A stretch of 64,000 nucleotides of DNA from Gammaproteobacteria bacterium (lineage in GTDB: Bacteria > Pseudomonadota > Gammaproteobacteria > Eutrophobiales > Eutrophobiaceae): positions 2,240,001 to 2,304,000 of the forward strand of contig CBDCTH010000012.1 in NCBI GenBank assembly GCA_965222155.1. Direction: 5' to 3'. Positions 50,579 through 62,500 of this stretch are shown here, in pieces. A program made the translations under genes and the position numbers. Within the stretch, counting starts at the first letter, position 1. The number at the start of each line of letters is the position of its first letter. A model generated the notes under the pieces. It was given only the letters and a program-made list of their open reading frames with translations. It searched no databases and was not told the DNA's origin.

Positions 50579-51445
50579 ATGAATAATTCATTATGTCGTC
50601 GGCCGGCAATGACGAATGCCGGTGTCGAGCCTACCATTGCCGTCGATGCGGTTGACGAGTTCCGGAATATCCGGGAAATGAACATCGCCGATGAACGACC
50701 GCTTACCATCTACGTTGACAGCTATGAGATCGTCACCCTGATGACACTCGGGAAGACCCCCGAATTACTAACTCTGGGTTACCTGAAAAACCAGGGCATC
50801 GTTGACGACATCAATGAAATCCGTTCAGTGCAGGTCGATTGGGAGGTGAATGCCGCGGCGGTGACCACCTACTCGGAAAGGGACGACTGGAAAGAACGGC
50901 TGGGACCGAGAATAGTGACGACGGGCTGCGGCCAGGGAACGGTGTACGGCAATATCCTGGAGCAGATTGAGCAGATAGAGTTGCGCGCAACCCGGCTCAA
51001 GCAATCGGATATCTATGCCCTGTTGAAAAACCTGGCGCACTATAACGACGTCTACAAAAGCGCCGGCGCCGTGCATGGCTGCGCTTTATGCGCGGGCACG
51101 GAAGTGGCCGTTTTCATCGAGGACGTGGGTCGTCACAACGCGGTGGACGCCATCGCCGGACAAATGTGGCTCGAAGGCATACCCGGCCATGACAAGCTGT
51201 TTTACACCACGGGTCGCCTGACGTCTGAAATGGTGATGAAAGTGGCGCAAATGGGTATCCCTGCCCTGTTATCCCGTTCGGGGATTACCCAGATGGGACT
51301 CAAGCTCGCCATGGATTTTGGCGTTATCCTGTTCTCCCGGGTCCAGGGGAACCATTTCCTCGTTTACAACGGCGTGGAACACATTGATTTTGACGTGTCC
51401 CTGCCGCCGAAGCGCGCAGTTGCAAACCTGAAGAGCGCCGGCTGA
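50579..51445 (+). CDS. fdhD: Formate dehydrogenase accessory sulfurtransferase
   Basis: TTGCGQG, GAVHGCAL, EDVGRHNAVD, GRLTSEMV. Confidence 0.93.
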   Translation: MNNSLCRRPAMTNAGVEPTIAVDAVDEFRNIREMNIADERPLTIYVDSYEIVTLMTLGKTPELLTLGYLKNQGIVDDINEIRSVQVDWEVNAAAVTTYSERDDWKERLGPRIVTTGCGQGTVYGNILEQIEQIELRATRLKQSDIYALLKNLAHYNDVYKSAGAVHGCALCAGTEVAVFIEDVGRHNAVDAIAGQMWLEGIPGHDKLFYTTGRLTSEMVMKVAQMGIPALLSRSGITQMGLKLAMDFGVILFSRVQGNHFLVYNGVEHIDFDVSLPPKRAVANLKSAG

Positions 51446-51904
51446 ATCACTCTGCGGATCACAGCCCGGATATTGTACCAGTGGATGCGATGATCACGCC
51501 GGATTTTTGGCGCTGGCGGGTGCCTGCGACCGAAAGCATAGCTGGGACTCTGATTGAGGGACAAATTGTCAGGATAGACAATTTGCACGGCGACAGCCGC
51601 CCGCAGGGTTGCGCCCAGAGCCTGCCCCCCTGCTTACAACCGCAGGGGCAAGCTCTGTATGGAGTTGAGCAGGGGGATGGGCGCAATGAACACGTACCCG
51701 CCAGCGCCACAAATCCATCTGGAATGGATTTGGACACTCGAAGAGTGCCCGAAGGGGGCGCTCCAGAGCTTGCCCCTGTATGGAGTTGGGCAGGGGGATG
51801 GAGCGCATCAAAAAGACAAGTGAGGGCGCATCCAGCGTAGATCGTAAAAGCAATGAAAGTGATAAACTGCGTATAACGCATTGACAGCATAAGACTTTCA
51901 CTCT

Positions 51905-52531
51905 ATGACAAGCGAACTGGTACAATATCCGGGCAAAGTGTCGAAAACCGAGATTACCGGCGTCATCCTGGCTGGAGGCGAAGCAAGGCGCATGGGCGGT
52001 GGCGACAAAGGCCTGGTGGAGTTGTGCGGCAAACCGTTGGTCGAGCACGCGCTGGCCGCTTTATCCCCCCAGGTTAACGCAATCATCATCAATGCAAACC
52101 GCAACCATGACCGCTATGCCGCCTATGGCTACCCCGTCATAGCGGATAACAGACAGGGTTTTCAAGGTCCCCTGGCCGGCATGTTGAGCTGCCTTGAGGC
52201 AGCAAAGACGGAGTTCATGGTTTCGGCCCCCTGCGATTCGCCGTTGCTTCCGGATGACCTGGTGGCTCGCTTGTTCAGACAATTGAGCGATGCTGAGGCG
52301 GACATCAGCGTCGCCCATAACGGCGACAGAATTCAGCCGGTGTTTACGCTCATGCCGATCTCCCTGGCCCCTTCCATGCAGGCGTTTCTCGATGGCGGCG
52401 GTCGCAAGATAGACCGGTGGTTCGAGCAACACAAGCTGGCCGTGACTGATTTTTCCGATAAACCGGAGTGCTTCAGGAATATCAACAACCCGGCTGAACT
52501 GGCGCAGATGGAGGCGCAGTTGGATGCCTGA
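51905..52531 (+). CDS. mobA: Mo cofactor guanylyltransferase
   Basis: ILAGGEARRMGGGDKG, GPLAG, PCDSP, F.NIN. Confidence 0.95.
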   Translation: MTSELVQYPGKVSKTEITGVILAGGEARRMGGGDKGLVELCGKPLVEHALAALSPQVNAIIINANRNHDRYAAYGYPVIADNRQGFQGPLAGMLSCLEAAKTEFMVSAPCDSPLLPDDLVARLFRQLSDAEADISVAHNGDRIQPVFTLMPISLAPSMQAFLDGGGRKIDRWFEQHKLAVTDFSDKPECFRNINNPAELAQMEAQLDA

Positions 52532-53066
52532 ACTCCCGGAAATTCCATTGATAGGCTTCGCCGCCTACAGCGGCACCGGGAAAACGACTCTGCTGGTCAA
52601 CCTGCTGGGTATTTTTACCTCCCAAAACCTGCGCGTGGGCATCATTAAACATGCCCATCACAGTTTTGAAATCGATTATCCGGGGAAAGACAGTTATGAA
52701 CTCCGCAAGGCCGGCGCCAGCCAGGTATTGATCGGCTCAAAAAAGCGTTGGGCATTGCTGGTTGAAAACCGGGATGACGATGATAAACCGCTGGAATATC
52801 ATATCAGGAACCTGGACCTGGATAACCTGGACCTGATTCTGGTTGAGGGCTTTAAACCTGAAGCCATCCCCAAGATAGAGCTGCATCGCCCGAGCCTGGG
52901 GCGTGACTTCCTGTACCTGAATGATACGAGTATCATAGCCATTGCTACCGATGCCGAGTTATCAATCGAGACGGAATTACCCATTCTGGACTTGAATGAT
53001 CCGGAGCAAATTGCACGATTTATTATTGACCGTTATTGTTTGTACCCGCAGACTGGGCGGGTGTAA
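52524..53066 (+). CDS. mobB: MobB
   Basis: AYSGTGKTTL, IKHAHH, DSYELRKAGA, LVEGFK. Confidence 0.95.
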   Translation: MPELPEIPLIGFAAYSGTGKTTLLVNLLGIFTSQNLRVGIIKHAHHSFEIDYPGKDSYELRKAGASQVLIGSKKRWALLVENRDDDDKPLEYHIRNLDLDNLDLILVEGFKPEAIPKIELHRPSLGRDFLYLNDTSIIAIATDAELSIETELPILDLNDPEQIARFIIDRYCLYPQTGRV

Positions 53067-53079
53067 TAGTAAATAAGGT

Positions 53080-53186
53080 GAGGAATTGGACAGGCTTGTC
53101 AGGACACGCTGTGAATACATCCCTGTACGCTTACCGGCAGCCATCCCTGGCTGCCGATAGTCCTGACAAGCCTGTCCAATTCCTCT
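53080..53186. repeat. ~107-bp palindromic intergenic element with 26-bp terminal IRs
   Basis: GAGGAATTGGACAGGCTTGTCAGGAC ... GTCCTGACAAGCCTGTCCAATTCCTC. Confidence 0.8.
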
Positions 53187-53198
53187 TGCTGAAATTTA

Positions 53199-54467
53199 AT
53201 GAACAAATCGATTATTGAGAAAGACCCCAGTTGCAGGGGTGATTTTGACCCGAAGTCACTGTCGGCTGATGCCGCGCTGGAACAGATAAAGTCCAGAGCC
53301 ATCCGCATCAAGGGGATTGAAAAAATCGCTATTCGCGAGGCGCTGAACCGGATATTGGCCGAAAATATCCGTTCCCACATAAACGTGCCTACCGGCACCA
53401 ACTCCGCCATGGACGGTTACGCGGTCAACAGCGGGGATATTCCTTCCAGCGGCAGTGCCGAGTTGAGTGTGCTGGGTACGGCCTGGGCGGGCAAACCTTT
53501 CGGCGGCGAGTTGAGCGCCGGGAGCTGCGTGCGCATCATGACCGGGGCGATCATGCCGGATGGCGCCGATACCGTGATCATCCAGGAAGACGTGCAGGTC
53601 ACCGGCGCCGGCATAATCATCGATGGCGCTACCAGGAAAGGCGATAACGTACGCCAGGCAGGTGAAGACATTGCCGCCGGCGACCTCATTTTGACCAGGG
53701 GACGGCGCCTGAACCCTGCAGATATCGGCTTGATTGCCTCCCTGGGCATTGCCGAGGTGTGCGTGGTACGGCGCTTGCGGGTGGCGTTCTTTTCAACGGG
53801 GGATGAACTGCGTTCCATCGGGGAAACCCTGAGTGACGGCGCGATCTATGACAGTAATCGCTACACCTTGTACGGCATGCTGGAACGGATGGGCGCCGAT
53901 ATCATCGACATGGGCGTCATAAAAGATGACCGGGATGACCTGGAAGAGGCTTTTTCCATTGCTGCCGCCAATGCCGACGTCCTGATTACTTCGGGCGGCG
54001 TATCCGTCGGCGAGGCGGATTACATCAAGGAAATACTGGCTAAACTGGGGAAGGTGGACTTCTGGAAAGTAGCCATCAAACCCGGCCGGCCGCTTGCATT
54101 CGGACGGGTAGGCAATGCCCTATTTTTCGGCTTGCCGGGCAATCCCGTTTCCGTCATGGTCACATTTTACGAATTTGTTCAGCCGGCATTACGGAAAATG
54201 ATTGGAGAAGACGACGCCGGTGTGCTGTCCTTGAAAGCACGCTGTGATTCCAAACTGAAGAAACGCCCGGGCAGGGTTGAATACCAGCGTGGCATTCTGC
54301 AAAGAGACGAGGATGGAACTCTGGTGGTGGTGAAGACCGGCGCCCAGGGTTCGGGTATCCTCCGATCAATGTCACAGGCGAACTGTTTTATCATCCTTCC
54401 TCTGGATTCAGACGGAGTGGAACCGGGGACTTTTGTCGATATACAACCGTTCTCCGGCCTAGTTTGA
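53199..54467 (+). CDS. moeA: Molybdopterin molybdotransferase
   Basis: SAMDGYA, IMTGA, STGDEL, SGGVSVG, GLPGNPVS. Confidence 0.96.
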   Translation: MNKSIIEKDPSCRGDFDPKSLSADAALEQIKSRAIRIKGIEKIAIREALNRILAENIRSHINVPTGTNSAMDGYAVNSGDIPSSGSAELSVLGTAWAGKPFGGELSAGSCVRIMTGAIMPDGADTVIIQEDVQVTGAGIIIDGATRKGDNVRQAGEDIAAGDLILTRGRRLNPADIGLIASLGIAEVCVVRRLRVAFFSTGDELRSIGETLSDGAIYDSNRYTLYGMLERMGADIIDMGVIKDDRDDLEEAFSIAAANADVLITSGGVSVGEADYIKEILAKLGKVDFWKVAIKPGRPLAFGRVGNALFFGLPGNPVSVMVTFYEFVQPALRKMIGEDDAGVLSLKARCDSKLKKRPGRVEYQRGILQRDEDGTLVVVKTGAQGSGILRSMSQANCFIILPLDSDGVEPGTFVDIQPFSGLV

Positions 54468-54687
54468 CTGGATTTTCATCCTTTGGTCCGTTAACGGCAC
54501 ATCCTTGTGCCACTACTCGGAATTCGCCGAAATGACGAATTACAAGGAATGGTTATATAACTGGATTCCGGCATTCGCCGGAATGACGTCCCGTTATTCT
54601 GGTGATAACTGTTTTTCCATCGTCATTCCGGCGAGTGCCGGAATCCAGTGAAATAATTCACCACCTTCGATGTCACATTTTTAGTTT

Positions 54688-55617
54688 TCACAACTCAATA
54701 TCCATGCCGTCGTAAGACACTTCCCAGCCAGCATCTTCAACCGTTCGGCGTTCTGCACTGTTGGCAAACAGAATCGGGTTGGTCGTATTTATGTGGATAA
54801 AGATTTTTCTTTTTATCCCCAGGTCTTTCAATGCCGCAAGGGTGCCCTGTTCTCCCGAGACGCTGATATGCCCCATGCGCTGACCTGTTTTTATCCCCAC
54901 GCCGTCACGGATCATCTCATCGTCCACCCATAAGGTGCCGTCAAAGAAAATCAGGTCGGCGCCACTAATCTTCTCAGCCAGCTCCGGTGTCACCCGGGCA
55001 CAGGCCGGCATGTAGTAAAAGGACTTCCCGTTATTAGTATCTTCGACGTGCAGGGCAATCGTGTCTTCATCCACTGAGCCGAAATCCTTTCCTTTGCTTT
55101 CGTCTTCGAGCCATAAGGCCACCTTGCCCGGTACGGCGAAAGGTGTGATCCGTATATCCATGGAACTGCCGTCCGGTTTCAGCATCTCAAGGGGCTCATT
55201 CAACTGCATAGCTTCCCGGCTGACGAATTTCGGGTTCAATACGTTAAATATCGTATTGGCCTGGAGCACGCCCAGCACTCGTTGGGTAGCATAAATTCGC
55301 AGGGGTTGAGATTCACGTAAATTCAGCAGCCCGGCAACGTGGTCCACGTCGGCATTGGTCAGTACCGCCCCCATGATCGGGCTGTGCCGGAGGTCTTTTT
55401 TGGGATGCAGGATGTCGTTGTCGTTGATCTGCTGACGCAGGTCCGGGGAAGCATTAAACAGGTACCAGTCCGCTCCGTCGGCACTGACGGCAATGGACGA
55501 CTGGGTGCGCTGGGGAGCAGCAGGATCATCTTGCCTGGCTCGCCTGCTGTTCGGATGATTACAATTCCACTGTGGATAGCCGCCGCCGGCGGCAGCGCCT
55601 AATACCCTGACGTGCAT
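54688..55617 (-). CDS. pqqB: PQQ biosynthesis protein B
   Basis: VLGAAAGGGYPQWNC, RTQSSIAVS, NASPDLRQQI, FIHINTTNP. Confidence 0.95.
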   Translation of the reverse strand: MHVRVLGAAAGGGYPQWNCNHPNSRRARQDDPAAPQRTQSSIAVSADGADWYLFNASPDLRQQINDNDILHPKKDLRHSPIMGAVLTNADVDHVAGLLNLRESQPLRIYATQRVLGVLQANTIFNVLNPKFVSREAMQLNEPLEMLKPDGSSMDIRITPFAVPGKVALWLEDESKGKDFGSVDEDTIALHVEDTNNGKSFYYMPACARVTPELAEKISGADLIFFDGTLWVDDEMIRDGVGIKTGQRMGHISVSGEQGTLAALKDLGIKRKIFIHINTTNPILFANSAERRTVEDAGWEVSYDGMDIEL

Positions 55618-55671
55618 TGTGCAAACTCCTCATTCCTATGCATGGGGACAGACTTAAGTCTGTCCCCTCTT

Positions 55672-56118
55672 CTATCTCGATGAATAGCCCGAGGTATTCT
55701 GTTCAACCCAGCGCTCCCCACTTCTGACTGTTTCCTTTTTCCAGAACGGCGCCTTGTGTTTCAAATCCTCGATAATAAAACGGGTTGCGTCGATTGCATC
55801 GCCCCGATGGGCTGACCAGACCGCGATCAGCACGATGTCATCGCCTATCTCAATGTCACCGGTGCGATGCAGTACCAGGATATCCAGTATCGGCCATTGT
55901 TTTTTTGCCTGCACACAGATCTCATTCAGATGTTTCTCGGTCATGTCCGGGTAATGCTCCAGGGACATATTCCGGACTTCCTCACCTTCGTTGAAATCCC
56001 GCATCGTACCGACAAATACACAGGTTGCGCCGGACTTTCCCGGATTGTCGGGTGACGACTGGTAGCCCTTTACTTCTGTCAGGGCATCGAAAGGCGCCGA
56101 TCTTAACTCCACCCGCAT
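55672..56118 (-). CDS. moaE: Molybdopterin synthase catalytic subunit
   Basis: LEHYP.M, HR.G, SAHR, LK.KAPFWKKE. Confidence 0.95.
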   Translation of the reverse strand: MRVELRSAPFDALTEVKGYQSSPDNPGKSGATCVFVGTMRDFNEGEEVRNMSLEHYPDMTEKHLNEICVQAKKQWPILDILVLHRTGDIEIGDDIVLIAVWSAHRGDAIDATRFIIEDLKHKAPFWKKETVRSGERWVEQNTSGYSSR

Positions 56119-56128
56119 GATGACCGGT

Positions 56129-56362
56129 CTACCCCCCTGTAACGGGAGGGAAAAAGGCAACTTCATCACCTTCTTTCAGTTCCGGGTCGCCTTTAACGTG
56201 TTCCATGTTGACTGCCACAAGCAACGCCTCCGGCATTGACTCGTCGCCGGAGATTTTGCGCCAGACATCCGAAACCTTCAGGCCGGACGTATATTTCACC
56301 CGGTCCTCTGCACGCCCTAATTCTTCACGGATACGGGCAAAAAACTTGACTTTTATCGGCAT
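56129..56362 (-). CDS. moaD: Molybdopterin synthase sulfur carrier
   Basis: VKFFA, VAVN, DEVAFFPPVTGG. Confidence 0.95.
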   Translation of the reverse strand: MPIKVKFFARIREELGRAEDRVKYTSGLKVSDVWRKISGDESMPEALLVAVNMEHVKGDPELKEGDEVAFFPPVTGG

Positions 56363-56540
56363 TTTAGCAGTTCCTGCTGACTGAGGTTCAGGGGCCACCC
56401 CTGCATGTCAACCTGATCATCATACCAAACGGATGAAGAATGTCTACTGCTGTCGCACTCAGTAAATCCGCGGGGGAGTGCTGGCTTGCAGGGCTTGCCG
56501 GCGAGGAAATGCAGGCCGTGAGACCCGTCGCCAGCCCGAC

Positions 56541-59500
56541 TCACAGCAGAAAGTCACCAGCGATCAGATCGTGTAGCCCGACCAGGGTTACCATGAAGTC
56601 GGCCGCACCATCGCCGTCCAGATCAGTCAACACCTCGGTGTAGTCATCGTTCGTATTGCTGCCCGTGTTCGCACCGCGCCGGACATAGCGTGCCTCGCCC
56701 GCAGTACCGGTAAAGTCCTCCGTGCCGATGAAGACCAGGTCATTGCCCAAGCCGGACAGGTCCAGCCGGTCGCCATCACCCCCGGCGCCTGAGAAGTCCA
56801 GGATCTGATCCGCATTCGTTGTAGTCGAGGCCGATGCCGCATTGTATACAAAACTGTCCGCCCCGGCGCCGCCGTCCAAGGTGTCAGCGTCGCCACCCCC
56901 TTCGAGTGTATCGTCGCCACCTCCGCCGACCAGCCAGTTGTCGCCGGCAGCGCCCTGTAACTCATCGCCATGCGCCGAGCCGATGACATTCTCGATACTC
57001 CTGAGGCTGTCGCCCTCAGCATGACCGCCCGATACCGTACCAGCACCAAGGTTCACCCGGACTCCCGCATTCGAACTCCTGTAAGACACGCTGTCGTTGC
57101 CGCCTTCGCCGTGCAACGCGTCGGCCCCGGCGCCGCCCTCAAGCACGTCGTTACCGCCGCTGCCGTACAACCGGTCAGCGCCCGCTTCCCCGTACAACCG
57201 GTCATCCCCTGACAGCCCCACCAGCTTATCGTCGCCGGCGCGCCCCCATAGAGCGTTGGCGTTGTTGTCGCCGCGCAATTCATCGTCATAGGCCGAGCCA
57301 ATGACGTTCTCAATGCTGTTGAACGTATCGCCCGCCGCATGACCCCCCGATACCGCACCGTTGCCAAGGTCCACCCGTACCCCCGCCCCAGAGCCGGCGT
57401 AGGAGGCCGTGTCGCTCCCGCCGCCGCCGCCCAGGGTGTCAGCGCCGTCACCCCCTTCGAGTACATCGTCGCCGCCTTCGCCCCGCAGCGTGTCGCCCCC
57501 GTCGCCACCCCGTAACTCGTCCGCAGCCGGCGTCCCGACCAGGGGGGCGTTGACGTCCCTGACTTCCCTGACTTCCCTGATCTGGACCCCCACGAGGTCG
57601 GCCACTTCCAGCGTGTGCAGTCCGTCCAGGGTCACCTTGAAGTCGGCCGCACCATCGCCATTCAGATCAGCCAGCACGTCGGTGTAGTCATCGTTTGTAT
57701 TGCTGCCCGTGTTCGCACCGCGCCGGACATAGCGCACCTCGCCCGCAGTACCGGTAAAGTCCTCCGTGCCGATGAAGACCAGGCCGTTGCCCAGACCGGA
57801 CAGGTCCAGCCGGTCGCCATCACCCCGGCACCTGAGAAGTCCAGAATGTAGTCCGTGTTCGCGGTAGTCGAGGCCGATGCCGCATTGTATACAAAACTGT
57901 CCGCCCCGGCGCCACCGTCAAGGGTGTCGGCGCCATCACCCCCTTCGAGTGTATCGTCACCACCTCCGCCGACCAGCCAGTTGTCGCCGGCAGCGCCCTG
58001 TAACGCATCGCCATGCGCCGAGCCGATGAGATTCTCGATGCCACTGAACGTGTCGCCCGCCGCATGACCGCCCGACACCGTACCGGTACCAAGGTCCACC
58101 TGCACGGCCGCGTTCGAACTCCTATAGGAGACCGTGTCGCTCCCGGCGCCGCCGTCCAGGGTGTCGGCACCGGCGCCCCCTTCGAGGGTATCGTTACCGC
58201 CTGCGCCAGCCAGCCGGTTGGCGCCGGCAGCGCCCTGCAACTCATCGTCATGTCTGGAGCCAGTGACATTCTCGATTCTACTGAGCGTATCACCCGTCGC
58301 ATGACCCCCCGACACCGTACCGGTACCAAGGTCCACCTGCACGGCCGCGTTCGAACTCCTATAGGAGACCGTGTCGCTCCCGGCGCCGCCATCCAGGGTG
58401 TCAGCGCCCGCACCACCTTCGATTAGATCGTTCCAGCCTTGGCCGTGCAACTCATCGTCCCCGGCGCCGCCCTGAAGTACATCGGCTCCGCCTTGGCCGT
58501 GCAACACATCGTCCCCGGCACCGCCCGCAAGCACATCGTGACCGCCGCTGCCGTACAACCGGTCAGCACCCGCTTCGCCGGTCAGCCGATTGGCGCCGGC
58601 ATCACCCCGCAACTCATCGTCATAGGCCGAGCCAATGACGTTCTCGATGCTGTTGAGCGTGTCGCCCGCCGCATGACCGCCCGACACCGCACCATTGCCA
58701 AGGTTTACCTGCACGGGCGCATCAGAGCCGGCGTAGGAAACCGTGTCGGTCCCGGCGCCACCGTCCAGGGTGTCGACGCCATCACCCCCTTCGAGCGTAT
58801 CATCGCCGCCTGCGCCGGCCAGCCGGTTGGCGCCGGCAGCGCCCTGCAACGCATCGTCATGCGCCGAGCCGATGACGTTCTCAATACTCCTGAGCGTGTC
58901 GCCCGCCGCATGACCGCCCGATACCGCACCGCTGCCAAGGTCCACCTGCACCCCCGCGTTCGATCTCCTGTAGGACACGGTATCGTCGCCGCCTTCGCCG
59001 TGCAACATATCGGCCCCGGCGCCGCCCTCAAGCACGTCGTTACCGCCGCTACCATACAACCGGTCAGCACCCGCTTCCCCGTACAGCCGGTCATCCCCTG
59101 ACAGCCCCACCAGCTTATCGTCGCCGGCGCGCCCCCATAGAGCGTTGGCATTGTTGTCGCCCCTCAATTCATCGTCATAGGCCGAGCCGATGACGTTCTC
59201 AATGCTGTTGAGCGTATCACCCACCGCATGACCACCCGACACCGCCCCGGTGTCCAGGTCTACTCGTACCCCCGCATCAGAGCCCGCATAGGAGACCGTG
59301 TCGCTCCCGGCGCCGCCGTCCAGGGTGTCGGCGCCATCACCCCCTTCGAGTACATCGTCGCCGCCTTCGCCCCGCAACGTGTCGTCCCCGTCGCCACCCC
59401 GTAACTCGTCCGCAGCTGGCGTCCCGACCAGGGGGGCGTTGACGTCCCTGACCTGAACCCCCACGAAGTCGGCCACCTCCAGCGTATGCAGTCCGTCCAG

Positions 59501-62500
59501 GGTCACCTTGAAGTTGGCCGCACCATTGCCATTCAGATCAGCCAGCACGTCGGTGTAGTCATCGTTCGTATTGCTGCCCGTATTCGCACCGCGCCGGACA
59601 TAGCGCACCTCGCCCGCAGTGTCGGTAAAGTCCTCCGTGCCGATGAAGACCAGGTCATTGCCCAAGCCGGACAGGTCCAGCCGGTCACCCTCACCCCCGA
59701 CACCCGAGAAGTCCAGGATCTGATCCGCATTCGTTGTAGTCGAGGCCGATGCCGCATTGTATACAAAACTGTCCGCCCCGGCGCCACCGTCCAGGGTGTC
59801 GGCCCCGGCGCCCCCTTCGAGCGTATCGTCGCCGCCTGCGCCGACCAGCCGGTTGGCGCCGGCAGCGCCCTGTAACGCATCGCCATGCGCCGAGCCGATG
59901 AGATTCTCGATGCCACTGAACGTGTCGCCCGCCGCATGACCGCCCGACACCGCACCGTTGCCAAGGTTTACCTGCACGGGCGCATCAGAGCCCGCGTAGG
60001 AAACCGTGTCGGTCCCGGCGCCGCCGTCCAGGGTATCGGCGCCATCACCCCCTTCGAGCGTATCGTCGCCGCCTGCGCCGGTCAGCCGATTGGCGCCGGC
60101 ATCACCCCGCAACTCATCGTCATACGCCGAGCCAATGACGTTCTCGATGCTGTTGAGCGTATCACCCACCGCATGACCACCCGACACCGCACCATTGCCA
60201 AGGTTTACCTGCACGGGCGCATCAGAGTCCGCGTAGGAGGCTGTGTCGGTCCCGGCGCCACCGTCCAGGGTGTCGGCGCCATCACCCCCTTCGAGCGTAT
60301 CATCGCCGCCTGCGCCGACCAGCCAGTTGGCGCCGGCAGCGCCCTGTAACGCATCGTCATGCGCCGAGCCGATGAGGTTCTCAATACTCCTGAGCGTGTC
60401 GCCCGCCGCATGACCGCCCGATACCGCACCGCTGCCAAGGTCCACCTGCACCCCCGCGTTCGAGCTACTGTAGGACACGCTGTCGTTGCCGCCTTCGCCG
60501 TGCAACACATCGGCCCCGGCGCCGCCCTCAAGCACGTCGTTACCGCCGCTACCATACAACCGGTCAGCACCCGCTTCCCCGTACAACCGGTCATCCCCTG
60601 ACAGCCCCACCAGCTTGTCGTCGCCGGCGCGCCCCCATAGAGCGTTGGCATTGTTGTCGCCCCTCAATTCATCGTCATAGGCCGAGCCGATGACGTTCTC
60701 GATGCTACTGAGCGTATCACCCACCGCATGACCACCCGACACCGCCCCGGTGTCCAGGTCTACTCGTACTCCCGCATCAGAGCCCGCATAGGAGACCGTG
60801 TCGCTCCCGGTGCCGCCGTCCAGGGTGTCGGCGCCATCACCCCCTTCGAGCGTATCATCGCCGCCTTCGCCCCGCAGCGTGTCGTCCCCGTCGCCACCCC
60901 GTAACTCGTCCGCAGCCGGCGTCCCGACCAGGGGGGCGTTGACATCCCTGGCCTGGACCCCCACGAAGTCGGCCACCTCCGGCGTGTGCAGTCCGTCCAG
61001 GGTCACCTTGAAGTCGGCCGCACCATTGCCGTCCAGGTCAGCTAACACATCGGTGTAGTCATCGTTCGTATTGCTGCCCGTGTTCGCACCGCGCCGGACA
61101 TAGCGCACCTCGCCCGCAGTACCGGTAAAGTCCGCCGTGCCGATGAAGACCAAGCCATTGCCCAGGCCGGACAGGTCCAGCCGGTCGCCCTCACCCCCGA
61201 CACCCGAGAAGTTCAGAATGTTGTCCGTGTTCGCGGCAGTCGAGTCCGATGCCGCGCGGTACAAAAACGTGTCCGCCCCGGCGCCGCCGTCCAGGGTGTC
61301 AGCGCCGTCACCCCCTTCGAGCGTATCGTCGCCGCCTGCGCCGACCAGCCGGTTGGCGCCGGCAGCGCCCTGCAACGCATCGCCATGCGCTGAGCCGATG
61401 ACGTTCTCAATACTCCTGAGCGTATCACCCGCCGCATGACCGCCCGACACCGCACCGTTGCCAAGGTTTACCTGCACGGGCGCATCAGAGCCCGCATAGG
61501 AGACCGTGTCGCTCCCGGCGCCGCCGTCCAGGGTGTCGGCGCCATCACCCCCTTCGAGCGTATCGTCGCCGCCTTCGCCCCGTAGCGTGTCGTCCCCGTC
61601 GCCACCCCGTAACTCGTCCGCATCTGACGTCCCGACCAGGGGGGCGTTGACGTCCCTGACGTCCCTGGCCTGGACCCCCACGAAGTCGGCCACCTCCAGC
61701 GTGTGCAGCCCGACCAGGGTCACCTTGAAGTCGTCAGCAGCACCATCGCCGTCCAGGTCGGCCAACACGTCGGTGAAGTCATCGTTCGTATTGCTGCCCG
61801 TGTTCGCCCCGCGCTGGACATAGCGCACCTCGCCCGCAGTGTGAGTAAAGGCCGCCGTCCCGATAAAAGTCAAATCGTAGGTGCTGTAATGGTAATAGTA
61901 CAGGTCCAGGTGCAGCCGGTCACCGTCACCTCCGACGCCTGAGAAGTCCAGGATGTGGTCCGCATTCGTGGCAGTCGAGTCCAATGCCGCGCCGCGGTAT
62001 ACAAAAGTGTCCGCGCCGGCCCCGCCACTCAACCGGTCGGCGTCGACACCGCCTATGAGCGCGTCGTCGCCGGCGCCACCCTCAAGCACGTCGTTGCCGT
62101 CCCAGCCGTACAGCCGGTCAGCGCCCGCTCGCCCCTCCAAACGGTTGGCGCCATCATGGCCTTTTATACTGTCGTCATGCCCCGACCCGATGACGTTCTC
62201 GATGCTGCTGAACGTGTCACCTTCAGCATGACCGTACGACCACGACCACGACCACGCAAGTTCTATCTGCACACCCGCGTTCGACCCCTCGTAGGACACG
62301 GTGTCGTTGCCGCCTCCGCCGTGCAACTCATCGGCCCCGGCGCCACCCGTGAGCACGTCGTCACCATCGTTGCCGTACAACCGGTCAGCGCCGGCTTCCC
62401 CGTACAGCCGGTCATCCCCTGACAGCCCCACCAGCTTATCGTCGCCGGCGCGCCCCCATATATCGTTGTCATTGTCGTCGCCCTGCAACTCGTCCGTACC

